A stretch of 61,401 nucleotides of DNA, filler included, from Circinaria calcarea (Eukaryota), in the NCBI GenBank assembly GCA_051942165.1. It is 9 parts of 9 records of this genome, joined end to end, with 100 filler letters (N's around TTAATTAATTAA, not from the genome) between each part and the next. Parts side by side here need not be neighbours in the genome. Positions count along the whole stretch, not along the records: positions 47,859 to 54,580 come from JAVECS010001508.1; positions 54,681 to 61,401 come from JAVECS010001509.1; 7 more parts are not named here. One strand, 5' to 3'. This document shows positions 47,859 through 61,401 of this stretch, in pieces (within the stretch, counting starts at the first letter, position 1; each line of letters starts with the position of its first letter). The notes under the pieces were generated by a model. It was not told the origin of the DNA, ran no database searches, and saw only the letters and a list, made by a program, of their open reading frames with translations. The translations under genes were made by a program, and so were the position numbers.

Positions 47859-48599
47859 CGCAAAGACCCCTTCCCGCCCCCCTACTACCAAGGCTTCCTC
47901 AACCGCCACTGGGTCCAGCGCCGCCTCGGCGTCCCCCTCAACTACTCGGCAATCTCCCTGGCCGTCAACCTCGGCTTCCACGCGTCGGGCGACCAAGCCC
48001 GCGGCGGCATGCTCCCAGACCTCGCCTACATCCTCTCGCGCGGCGTCAAGGTCACCCTGATGTACGGCGACCGCGACGTCGCATGCAACTGGGTCGGCGG
48101 CGAGCGCGCCTCCCTCGCGATCCCGTATTCCGACAACGAGTCCTTTGGCGCGGCGGGGTATGCCCCGATTCGAGTGGATGGATCCTACGTGGGAGGACAA
48201 GTCCGCCAGTACGGCAATCTGTCCTTCTCGCGCGTCTATCAAGCTGGCCATATGGTGTCGAGCTACCAGCCCGAAACGGCCTATCGGATCTTCATGCGCG
48301 CCATGTTCAACCGGGATATCGCGACGGGGACGTTGCCGTTGTCGGATACTCTCCGCACGGTGGGCCCGAGCGATGTTCAGCATATCAAGAATGAAGTGCT
48401 CCAGGCGCCGGAGCCGGAGTGCTATATTCTGGATCCGGGGTTCAGGTGCGAGCAGGAGGCGTGGGAGAGGGTGAGGAATGGGACGGCGATTGTGAAGGAT
48501 TGGGTTGTTGTGGGGAAAGCAGAATCGGTGGGAGTGGGTGGCGCTTTTGAGAAGGAGGGGGGGCAGAAGGTGCTGGGGAGTGGAGATGGAAAGATTTAA
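47859..48599 (+). CDS. Serine carboxypeptidase (S10), 5'-partial
   Basis: GVKVTLMYGDRDVACNWVGGE (catalytic Asp) and GGQVRQYGNLSFSRVYQAGHMV (catalytic His). Confidence 0.93.
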   Translation, partial: RKDPFPPPYYQGFLNRHWVQRRLGVPLNYSAISLAVNLGFHASGDQARGGMLPDLAYILSRGVKVTLMYGDRDVACNWVGGERASLAIPYSDNESFGAAGYAPIRVDGSYVGGQVRQYGNLSFSRVYQAGHMVSSYQPETAYRIFMRAMFNRDIATGTLPLSDTLRTVGPSDVQHIKNEVLQAPEPECYILDPGFRCEQEAWERVRNGTAIVKDWVVVGKAESVGVGGAFEKEGGQKVLGSGDGKI

Positions 48600-49507
48600 T
48601 GGGAGTCGTAGGAGTAAGGGGACCTGGGCAAAGGGTATTGAAGCAAAAACCATCAGGATGGAAAATGGTAGTACGCTCTTGTAGAATATCCATGACTATA
48701 AAGTCCGTGGAATCACAATATCTCCTTTCCTCCTCTTTGATCCAAACCCTTCCATTCTCCTTCCTTAGTTCTCAGTCGCAATTGCCACAGACACCAACCC
48801 GGATCTCATAACGGTGCACTGGAAATAAAAGAACCCCCAATCATATCCCTATCTCCCTACGTTTGGTAAGAAAGATTGCAAGGAGGACGAAAGGGGAGAG
48901 GGTATAGATGAGTGGGATGACGGGGAAGTTGAATATCTCTAGGTAAAGGATTGATATGATGGTGTAACTACGGATGGTTTGGAGGAAATGGGGCGAAGTA
49001 AATGGAGGGCATTCCAGCTTTGAAGGAGGGAGGCGGGTTCGATATCTGGATTGAGACTGAGTCTAGAGGTTGGGTTGGCGGTGCGCAACTAAGAAATGGT
49101 TTGGAGGGGGTTGGACGGAGTAAGCGGGATAAGTTGTTCACTGTGATGAATGATAGGAGAGTAATGGGTCGCAGAGAGGAACGGATGGAAGAGGGTGCAG
49201 CTGTCTTGGTAGGTAGAGGTGGTTGAGGGTTGGATCGGTATGCTGTAGTACTGTAAAGAGGGAGAGATAGTGATACCCTGATTCAATTGGAGGAAAACTA
49301 GAGGAACATGCTTGTGGAGTCGTGGTACTCGTGCTCGAATCTTGCTATGGGGTATTGTTATAGCTAGACTGTTGCCTCGCTCTCCAAGATTGAAGTTTGT
49401 TGAGGTTTGCTGCACTGTTTCCAACACTCGTAGATCGCAATGCCAATACCCAAGACACCCGTGCCACGACAATTTCAGGCTTCGGAAGTAGAGGACCAGT
49501 CTGTATC

Positions 49508-51046
49508 TTATGGTGATTCGATCGGTTCGACCGGCTCTAAGCCTGCCGGTTTAAAAAGAGGTCTCATAAGCTTCAGCCTCTCTTCTGCTGTTGGCTCTCT
49601 GTTTCTTGACCTGCCAGGAACTTCGCTGCTCTTGACTTCTTGTGGACTATATCACAAGAGGTCAGCATCTTGTGCAAGGAATAGTACGCACGGCTGGGAA
49701 CGGACATACCTCTTACTTAGAATCTTCGAAGCTCCCAATCTAGAGCTGTCCCAAAACACGAAACCCCAATCTCGTAATCTGCTTCCTTGTTCGAAATCCC
49801 ATATTGCGTGTTCCGTCTTTATGAGCCATGACCATGCCTCATTCGGTCCGAGAACATTGTCTCCAGTGAATTCATATTCTAAGCTGCGCTGTGGGCCTGT
49901 TGCGCAGGCAGGAAATATAGACTGCTTCGGATGATAGACTTTTAGCGCCTCTGTCAGGAAATCGGCGCACAGAAGACCATTAGAGACGACCAGTCGCATC
50001 CGCTCTTCTCCTTCGGCTTCGAACAATTTGCGTAAGAAAGGCAGACCTAAATGCAACATGTATTCCATATATCTACTATGATCGTCGTCTTTGGCATATT
50101 GGCTGAAAAAGTAATCGTCGAATTCGAAGCGATCGGGTTCTCCATAATCCTCGTCTTCATCTTCATCATCCTCATCCCCATTCTCAAGTTCATAGTTGTT
50201 TTCATTGGAAGAACCACCCGGTACACCGTCATCTTTGAAGTCGTGGTCTCGGTAACAGAACGTGTCGTAAGGACAAGTAGCGGCGACACCCTTGAACCTC
50301 TCAGCAATTACTGACTTGACGTAGTCGTCCTCCACACGATCAAAGAGATTTTCCAGACGGCGAACAAGGTAGTCGCGAACACAAGCTACCTCCTCGACAC
50401 GCCATGGCACAAGTCGATTAAAGAAAAGGTTGGCTTGTTCCAATGCAGTCAGCTGCGACATACCATTGAAGTGGATGTGTCCATATTCATCTTCCACCTT
50501 TGTACAGAAAAGATGACCATAGAGCTCGAATTGGCAGAGGGCTCTTTGGAGCCTTGACTCCTCAGTGGTAGACAGAGTTAGTGATGCCCCTTCCGAATCT
50601 TGTGCTGGTGCCAAGCCCAAAGCCAGCGTGCGCTTCCGCAAGGCTGGAATCGATTGTCGAGCGAAGTCGTGGGTGAAATAGTCTAGCGATCGATGAAGTT
50701 GAAGTAGTAGGATCGATGTGGGTAGAGGGATTAAGGTCTCCAGATTATCAAATAAAGCATCGTCCTCAATAGTCTTCACGAATTGTAGCACTTGCTGTCT
50801 TGGCGGTCCGCGGGTGTCGAAGCGTGACGCTTCAACGACATGGTAGGCTTCTCTCAATACATCAGGTGAGAATACGTGATGCACCAGAGACGAGAGTATC
50901 CTCCTCTTCAAAAGTACAAAGACCCGGTAACACTGGGCTGATGCTTGAATGAGGCTATGGAGATCGCGAATCGAGGGAATTTGGAGTAAGATAAGATTCA
51001 ACAGTTCTGGTGCGAGTCCATCCAAGAAAATGCTGGTTGGCTCCAT
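49508..51046 (-). CDS. Fungal hypothetical protein with an F-box-like N-terminus; probable short last exon
   Basis: LDGLAPELLNLILLQIPSIRDLHSLIQAS, LSTTEESRLQRALCQFELY, PWRVEEVACVRDYL, LRDWGFVFWDSSRL. A GTATGT..GCTGAC..TAG intron extends the frame to TAA at 49508. Confidence 0.72.
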
Positions 51047-51523
51047 CTTCGAAAGGGTAAATTTTGAATTGTTCAGCTATGAGCTTCTTGCGAAGTTGGT
51101 AAGGTTAGGTCGAACTGGTAATCTCACCTTAAAACGCGAAAGGGTTACGCGTTTGGTTACTGAAGGTGAGTGAAGGCTCAAGTGAGTCCAAGGTAAAGCT
51201 ATCTCGTTCGGCCACCCTTACTATGTGAATATTGAACTATTCAGATTCATCCGAATTAGATGCCTTAAGTCAGAGTAACGTAAAAAGAGGAACATTCTAC
51301 TCCCCCATAGCTAAGACTTTTGGTATTACGCATCCCATTAAACGCTTCCTAAATTTGCCTACTTAGAAGCTTGCGAAAGGAATCACCAGGTCCAGGGATC
51401 AAATCCGTCCTATACTCTACTTTGCATTAGTCATTTCAATCTTCACATCTTAGCTCGCTGTAGATCTATCTTGGTCTAAATTTTCACGGCTTACCTAGGC
51501 CTTTGGTATTGATACATTTTACG

Positions 51524-52377
51524 ATGGCACCTCCCAACCAACTTCACCGCCAGCGAACCAAAGAGACTTTCAAGAATGATGTGCCTAAGGCCACGATGTC
51601 GGACCAGGAATATAGAATACAGCATGAAGAAGAATATGGGAGGAACCAACGTCCCCATTGGCGATCGAATTCGCCCGAGAATAAAGACTGCAAGCAATAC
51701 AAAACCCACCAAAAACAGAGTCAGATGGCGAGGAGAGCATATGAGGGAGCTAGGGAGGAGGCAAAGGAAGACTATCGGGGGCTAACTAGAGAGAAGAAGC
51801 ATATGGAAGAATACTACGAGGCCACTTCGGATGGTCTTCTACCCTTACAACATAGAGAACTCCAACCCAGTGCAGCCGAATGGGAGGATAAGGCCTACAA
51901 ACATGCCAATGGAAGGGCGGATCATCTGAAACAATATCCGTTCGCTCTTCCTGATCCTAAAAGTTTCAATGGTCATCGGGGGGCCGCCATCAAAGCTTAT
52001 GACACCCATCAGACTGCGCTAGGTACTACCAATAGACATCAAAGATATGCTTCGTAAGTGACCCTCAGAGCCAGGTCCCAACAGCAATAATAACACTCTC
52101 CAGTGATGCAAATGATACTCGTCGGGACCTCTACGGGCAAGAAGTTACCAGGGGCTACCAGCCGTCTCCCTTTCCGTATCCGTCTTTCCAACCTCAACCG
52201 GGAGAATATTCCAAGCACCTGAGCAGCAATGTACCGTCGGGTAGCGCAGCAGAGCATCCGGCTACTGATGAACAAGCAGGACCAGCCCCAGTGCCACCGA
52301 CGCTCCCCCGTGGTTTCGTTATACCTCGAGCTGAAGTCCCAGTAAAGCGCCAAAATCCCCTTGATCCGGGGTGCTGA
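51524..52377 (+). CDS. Orphan hydrophilic protein, probably 2 exons
   Basis: ATG 51524 opens about 177 codons. A GTAAGT donor overlaps the apparent stop, and a CAG acceptor near 52102 continues in frame to TGA 52377. No family recognised. Confidence 0.45.
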
Positions 52378-54580
52378 AGGTACCAAAATCGAGGCCCTCG
52401 ATTACTTGGATGTGTACTAAAAGTCTAAATACAGGCTACTTCCTTAAGTATAATTGATTTCTTTGTTTCTCTTTCTTTTGGATTCTCATAGGTATTTTTG
52501 ATGATACATTGGCCTAAGATTTGCTTACAGTTTTACTGGTCAGTAGTCTGTATAGGTGAAGGAAGGGTTTGTACCATATTCTCCTAGATAACTCTAAACT
52601 CTCAAGGCTTAGCAATTAAAACCAAGTTGAGAACCTAAAGTGGCGCATATGCCTTCCACATTCTGCTTATAAGCCAAGCCCAGGCCACTTCCCCACCGTT
52701 TGACAGACATCTGAGTGTTGAACTGAATGCGTGAAATCAACAAGGCGTAATTGAAAATCGTATGGGCTAAGTACTAGTAGTATAATAATATATAGAGATA
52801 CAATTGAAAATAGCGTCATGCCACTTACAGAACGTTCTCCGTTAGCATGATTATTTGAGAGATGAGTTGCTTTGCTGACGACTTATATATGATCCATAAA
52901 GGGAAAAGCTTTGAAGTGAAGAAAGGGAGGGGGAAATCGTAATTAATGTGAGTCTCTTACGTCTTGTCCTTAGTCAGCCGCATACACGTGGATGACATTC
53001 TCTCTGTAGAGGCCATTTAAGCTAATAAATTTAAAACTTCCTTAAAAGTATTATGCCGCAATGGATAGATGAAGAGGTCGAGAGGCGTCACGCTGCACAA
53101 TTCCCCTTCGGCGACTGGCTCGAAACCCTCGCAAGTTGCAAAGTTCTATCGAAACTATAAGGACCTCCAAGTCGAGAGCAAAGAAGAAAAGAAAGTTTAT
53201 AAGGTCAAACATCAAGAAGAGACGGTAACCTTCAAAACAATGTCTGATGACGGTTATCACGAGGAGTCTAGGTACTACCAGTAGACCGCTGGGGGCCTCC
53301 TCTTTACAACATGTAAACCTTCTCCCCACGGCGAAAGAAATGTAAAGGACCTAGCTATGGGTCCGTTCCCATATCTAAATGTTCTCTGTGATATAGAGCC
53401 AGTTATAGTACGTCACTCTAGGCATATCACAAAAAGGAGGGTCATCTCCTTCAACATCCCTTTGCATTACTTAATATTACCTCCCGAGAAAGACACCGCA
53501 AGGATACCTTTATGGCATATGATGACTATACCCCTTTGCAGGCAAGCTTGAATATGCATAAGCATCATACTCCGTAAGCTTCCTTCCCAACTACGCTAAT
53601 ATACAAAGATGCTGATCCTCACAGTTTGTGACCCACGGGAGAAAAAAATGTGACCTCTAGTCCCGGCGGGTTCGAAGCCTCGCCATCGCAACTTTCCATC
53701 TGATATGCCTTCGCCGGACTGCTACTCCGAGCACAAAACTCGAGAATCAGATGACTGCCCAGGCTGCTGGCTGCCGAGGAGTCTTTCGACTGGGCCGATG
53801 AGGCCGAGGAGCAAGTGAATGGAGCTCTCTCCGGCGACGCAGGTCGTCGATGATCAGATGAACCCAGGGTGCAGTATCGCCAACCCCCCCGAAACGGGCC
53901 TTGCAATCCTTTTACGATTGGCTCCGAAGCAGCAAGCTAAGGTCTCTAAAAAGGTGTTTAAGTTTTTTCTGATTTTCTAAGGAAAAATACATCAAAATTG
54001 CAAACCCTCTCGATTTCTCAGACATTTATAAAACTATCACTATAAGATTACTACCTTCCCGGGTCATATCCCTAACCAAAAATCCCCATCCCCATTTGAA
54101 GGCCCATTCATTGGGCTTTTCGCTCGGTGAAGCCGTTTCCAAAAATCCTCCCAACCCCCTTTCTAATCCATTATTATGTTTTTCTTAACATGCTAGAGAG
54201 AATTTCCATTTTTTTTCCACCATAAATCAGCTTTTTCTTGGAAAAGCTATTCGTTAGAGACCACACACAACATGCCAAGCAGACTACAGACCACTAAATA
54301 ACCGTACCGTATTCCCTGCTCTATTTCTCTTTTTTTTAAAAAATAAAATTCCAGATTTTCCAGACACCGCACGTTTAGCACGCCGTGCATGCATCCCCAA
54401 GCTCTCACTACCAATCTTCCGAGCTGGCAGTCTTTCACAGGACGAGAAAGGCAGGGCTCATGCTGCCTCCCCCTTTTTTTTAAAAAAAAAAGAAAGAAAA
54501 GCTATATTCTTAAGCTATCAGGGTCAGGGCTTAAGTACCAGATAGATAACCAAGTTTTTTTTTTTAAGAAACCCCCCCAC

Positions 54581-54680
54581 NNNNNNNNNNNNNNNNNNNN
54601 NNNNNNNNNNNNNNNNNNNNNNNNTTAATTAATTAANNNNNNNNNNNNNNNNNNNNNNNNNNNNNNNNNNNNNNNNNNNN
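54581..54680. other. Artificial contig-joining spacer
   Basis: N44-TTAATTAATTAA-N44. Confidence 0.98.
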
Positions 54681-55853
54681 CGCCCACTCCACCTCCTTCC
54701 TCCTCCCCTTCTCCCTCCCCATCCGCCTCCCTCTCCATCTCCCTCTCCAGCTCGGCCTCCAAATCGCCCGCGTCCTCGTCATCTTCCTCCTCCTCCATCT
54801 CCTCCTCCATTACCCCCTGCATCGGCGTCGTCGCCGCTTTCGCAAGCGGAGAAGGTAATTTCACGTCATCCGGCACATCTTCATCGCTCTCCTCCTCATC
54901 TTCCTCTTCGTCTTCTTCTTCGTTCTGGCTGCTTTCGTGGCCAAAGTCGATTTCCAACCCGCCCGCCGGACTTACAGAACTGGCCGCCGAGCGGAGAGAA
55001 ATGGGTCCATCGCCGGAAATGTTGCTGAAGGCGTTCCCGAAACGATGACGCGGTTTGGTGACGGGATCCATTTCAATGGTCAAGCCACCGTCGTCCGAGT
55101 CTTCGTTGTCTGCATCGACTTCGTCCCTGGGCGGAGTAGACGCACGTTTAGGCTGCGGTCGATGGTGGTGCGGGCGTTGTTTTACCTTGGTTCTAGATTG
55201 ACGGCGTACGGGAGGGGCGATGCTGGGTTGTGGTACCGGAGCTTCCTCGACGACGGCGGGGGGCTCCGGAGAAGAGGATCTGCGATTGAGGAAATGGCGC
55301 CAATCGTAGGGATTATCCGGATCTCCGACTTCCTCTGGGGCGTCAAAAGATTGCTCATCTTCGTCGGAGGAAGTCGGGTCTGGGGCTGTGGTTTCGAGTT
55401 GAGGGTATTGGGCCGCCAGGGCTTTGGCGCTTTTGTTGGTGGGGGTTGAGCGGAGGTTGAAGGTAAAGTCCGTGTCTATTTTATCGAGGGTGAAGGTTTG
55501 AGTGACGGGGTCAAAGATGAGGGCGCATGTTTCCGAGGCTTGCTGGCTTCCGGCGTAGGTGTAGGCGTCTCGGTCATTGTCTTCGACGAGGTGTAGATTG
55601 CAAATGTCTCCTCCCGATTCAGCGGGCGTGATGGTGGTTTTCTTGAATGGCTGCGAGGGCTTGGGTTGGTGATTGACTAACTTCTGATGAGAATAGTACC
55701 ATTCTTCATGTCACAATGTGACTTACCTTGAACGGTTGCAAGGTTCCAACTGGATCTCTGGCTGTCATTGAGAAGCCGCTCACTGATGATGACGGGATAT
55801 TTTGCATTTTTGGCGGGGTCGACAGGCAATGGATTGACATTCGAGGTAGCCAT
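54681..55853 (-). CDS. EAF (ELL-associated factor) family transcription elongation factor, 3'-partial, one intron
   Basis: Manual translation: DPAKNAKYPVII..VQ|VNHQP..YTYAGS..CALIFDPVTQTFTLDKIDTDFTFNLRSTP..LAAQYPQL..DGGLTIEMDP, then an acidic tail. Confidence 0.8.
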
Positions 55854-56615
55854 GACTACTCAATCTTCAAGGATGAGAGACTATATATATCGAGTTGAAC
55901 AGCAAAAGGTCGGTAGGAAGTTCTCCTACCCAGTCAAAGCCAGTGCATTGAATATGTAGAGTACCTACCTCAGTACGAAGTTGGAAGCCAAATCCGGGGA
56001 AGCCTTGCCCCGGCGCTAGGCTGCAATTAGTGAGCCAGTACTTTCGTGAATACCATGTGGGCATACATAATAAAACTTACCGACTACCCAAGTATACCTA
56101 TTCCTTTCTCACCTAATGGATCCGTCATGACGGTGAAAAGCTGCTATCGCACTCAACACAGCACCTACAGTACCGTCTATAAGCAGTGATGTAAACTACC
56201 CGTCCCGTTCTCTACTCCGTACACATATATCATGGACCATCCTAACAGCCTGGAATGTAGTAAAATGGAAATGTGCAGTCAGGCGAGATATCAATCGGTT
56301 TTGATGTATACATGGTTCTAGTTAGATAACCAAATCCAAAGCTTGACCAAACTATCATGGCAGTCTAGCTAAGCCACCCGAATGATGAGCTGCACGTGTA
56401 TTTGGCCAAATTCTCCATTTGGTCGTTGGCTCGGGATATTCCTTCATGTGTAATCTATTCGACTTCATCTTGACTCCCTAATAATATACTGCTCTATGTA
56501 TCCCGTTTCCTATCAACAGCGAACCAGCTATCCAGGCCACCCTAGCCATTTCTATCTGTCCGTCCGATCGAGCGGCGCTTGGCGTAGAAGTATGTACAAC
56601 CGTTCCTGTCGGGAG

Positions 56616-58793
<2,178 letters not shown>

Positions 58794-58873
58794 GGTGAGC
58801 GACGAGCCGAATGTAAGAAAGATCTCAATCCTTCAAGACCGAAGATACAAAGGTACGAGGGAAACCCGAGGAA

Positions 58874-59362
58874 TTTATAGCAGGTACCGGCGGCCATTAT
58901 GATCTCCACTGCGCCCGTGCAGAGAGAGGTACTTGCTCCAGTCAGCTGGTCTCCACCGTCTCCACCGTCTCCACCCTTGCTGTCTGTGCATTTCGTAATT
59001 CACCGTCGGCCAGGCAAGTATCACCGAGGAAACTGTGCTGGTGCATGCTGGCGCTAGAGCCTGCAGAACATCAGAGGGAGATGAAGGCATGGAATGGTAA
59101 GGAGGACACCAAAACGGGCTGGTGACACACGCACTATGTGCTACATCCTAGTCTCATCGTTATTGCGGGGAAGAAGGTGGAGAAGATCTGCCGGGGCTAG
59201 CCAAGCGGACCAACGGTCGGGTGGCTAATAGGTTCTGGCAGCCACACTTTTCCAAGAAAACCTGGAGAGAAAGCGGATTGTTGCTCCGCGCACTTTACCT
59301 TAATCTTCGTCATTGGCTTTGATGCATGCGTGATCATCTGTAGGTGCAGAGAAAATGCGGAG
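58874..59362 (-). promoter_or_regulatory. Glucoamylase promoter: TATA box plus 11 CreA-type SYGGRG sites
   Basis: TATAAA at 58879-58874. SYGGRG on either strand at 58904, 58936, 58951, 58960, 58969, 59165, 59177, 59191, 59262, 59284 and 59357. Confidence 0.6.
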
Positions 59363-59634
59363 CTAAGGTACTGGATGAGCCGCAGGTGATCATAGGGTCG
59401 CTCATCTGCCTGCAGGCTGCTTGGACTTGATACCTGCGCATATCAGATGAAACGCACCGGCAAACAGCTAGGTATCGAAAGTGGATTGTATTTCAGGCTG
59501 GGTATATAGCTTTCGTAAACGGCCCATTTGGAGTACTCCGTAACTTGAAGACTTCCTGTCCTCATCAAGTCTTCGTTCTCCAGACTCCGTCGCTAAGATC
59601 AAATACAAATGTGCAAACTCCCGGGTCGAACCGG

Positions 59635-61401
59635 CTACCCTTGCTTCGGTTGAACGCTGAACACGGCGAGGGGAAGAGACACCTTGAGACCACCTTCTTC
59701 GATCTCCTTCTGCAGAACATCCAGCCGACTCCATTTCCGGACCCCCTTCCATGCCGGCACACCGTTGTCAAACACGTCATCCATCTCTTCCAGCGTCTTG
59801 CCCTTGGTTTCCGGTGCGGTGAGGAACATGTGCACAAAGGCCATGGCGTTGAAGACTGCAAATACCATGTACAGCTTCCAATTGATACTCAAGGTCAGAG
59901 GAGGCACCGCGAACGCTAATGCCGTGTTCCATACCCAGTTGGACGCGGTAGACAGCGAGACGGCCTTGGCTCGGATTTGCGATGGAAAGATCTCCGAAGG
60001 ATACGTCCAAGATGTCTGAGATCGAATCAGCAGGGAATGCTTGCAAGAACCATGACTTATCATACCGGTCCCCAGGTGACTGCAAACGTGCCTACGAATA
60101 AGTATGAACAGGCAATTATTGCTTTTGAAATTTTCGGCTGTCCACGAATGATCCAAGAGATGGCGGATTCGGGTCCGCTGTCAGCGTGGAACGGTTCCCC
60201 ATAGGCTCCTTCCAAGGCCCCAACAGTAAGGAGTAGGACCATCATGGCCAACGAACCTAGGAGAAGGGAGGGGCGACGACCCCACTTATCAAGGAAGAGG
60301 ATAGCCGGAAGAGTAAGCACGACATTCAGTATGTACTGGATCGATGCCGCGAGTAGTGGATCACCGATCCCTGCAGCCTGCATCACATAGACAACGTAGT
60401 ACATCCTGTAGACTGATCAGCAAAGCGATTCATCAAATGGCAGATGTAGGAGTTCGAACATTACGTTCACACCGCCTGTCGCATATTAGCCTTCGATAAC
60501 TCCACGAAAACAAAGATAATGTAACTTACTTAATTGGGACCACATTTGAATCGACATACCCAGGATAACACGCCTGGCCATCCTCGGTTCAGTAAGAGCT
60601 GCCTGCAAGTGATGTTAGCTGACGCGGTAAACAGTATTGGGGACAAGTGGGATTGATATACAAAGCTTGTCATCGCATCATCTCTTTCGAACCGGAGAGC
60701 CTCCTCGATTTCCTGGTATTGCGCCAAGACTTTCGGGGAGTTTAGATCCCCCTTGCCATGAAGCTTGGCTAAGACTCTGATGGCTTCATCCCACCTATCT
60801 TTACTAGCGAGCCAACGAGGCGAGCTGGGGAAGAAAAACAAGCCTACGAAGAGGATTGCTGCAGGTACAATTTGGATTCCCCACGGAATGCGAAACGCGG
60901 CTGCGCCTTGTACGGGATTGTCTGGACCCCCGCCAGAGAATGAAGCTCCGTATTGAATGAAGTACTGAATCAGGATGCCCCACGTGATTGCCCACTGCTG
61001 CAGAGAGACAACACGACCACGGATTTCCTTTGGAGCAATCTCAGCTTGGTAGATGGGCACGACTGTCGAGGCGATTCCGACGCAAATACCTGAAATGACC
61101 CGGCCGGTGATGAGGAGAGGAATCCCATTTGCAGCGGCCTGGAGACTAAACTTCCATCAGACGATTGCCTACATCAAGAGAGTAGAATGGTGTCTCACAT
61201 GGAACCGATGATCCAGAGAATGCTGGCAAACATGATGGCCACTTTACGAGAGTACTTGTCGGCAATGAATGATGATATAAGAGCACCAACGATTGATCCC
61301 GCAGGCATTGCGCCGGTAATTCCTCCTTGGCGGTAGCCGCCGTGCACGTCGAAATAATTCGTATAAGCCGACGTTCCTAAAACTCCAGACATTGAACTTA
61401 T
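59635..61401 (-). CDS. Sugar porter (HGT1-like high-affinity hexose transporter), 5'-partial, multi-exon
   Basis: ISSMSGVLG, PIYQAEIAPKEIRGRVVSLQQWAITWGILIQY, PSSPRWL, DKWGRR, WTYPSEIFP..RAKA, PETKGKTLEEMD. Confidence 0.93.

Noticed and set aside
52900..54580. Short ORFs in AT-rich DNA near the contig end
   Set aside because: No motifs, frequent stops and homopolymer noise.

Overview
Eukaryotic DNA from a filamentous ascomycete (Pezizomycotina: short GT-AG introns with RCTRAY branch sites, FlbC, GH15-CBM20, fungal NLR). The window is not one locus. It is nine contigs of descending length (6750, 6740, 6740, 6737, 6735, 6733, 6723, 6722, 6721 bp) joined by eight identical 100-bp N44-TTAATTAATTAA-N44 spacers, so gene neighbourhoods only mean something within a contig. 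Housekeeping genes: MAK16, MMTAG2-like, mitochondrial uL23 (MRP20), peroxisomal Lon, DBP10, PhoD-like phosphatase, FlbC, EAF, S10 carboxypeptidase, glucoamylase, a sugar porter and a DHA2 MFS efflux pump. The most notable items: (1) a SesA-sigma amyloid-NACHT-ankyrin NLR whose single intron starts in the last codon of the sigma motif and carries an in-frame stop, so one gene could give both a free SesA-sigma effector and a full-length receptor; (2) a 504-aa disordered protein with 13 invariant GRGSGY motifs encoded by fully diverged codons; (3) a HeLo-like/Cys-His/ankyrin protein with no NTPase; (4) a contig whose three genes all carry RIP-type stops (DUF6589-like transposase, Uma2-like nuclease, SDR fragment); (5) a probable tyrosine-recombinase relic beside a fold-back element. 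All family calls come from motif recognition by eye; no database searches were run.
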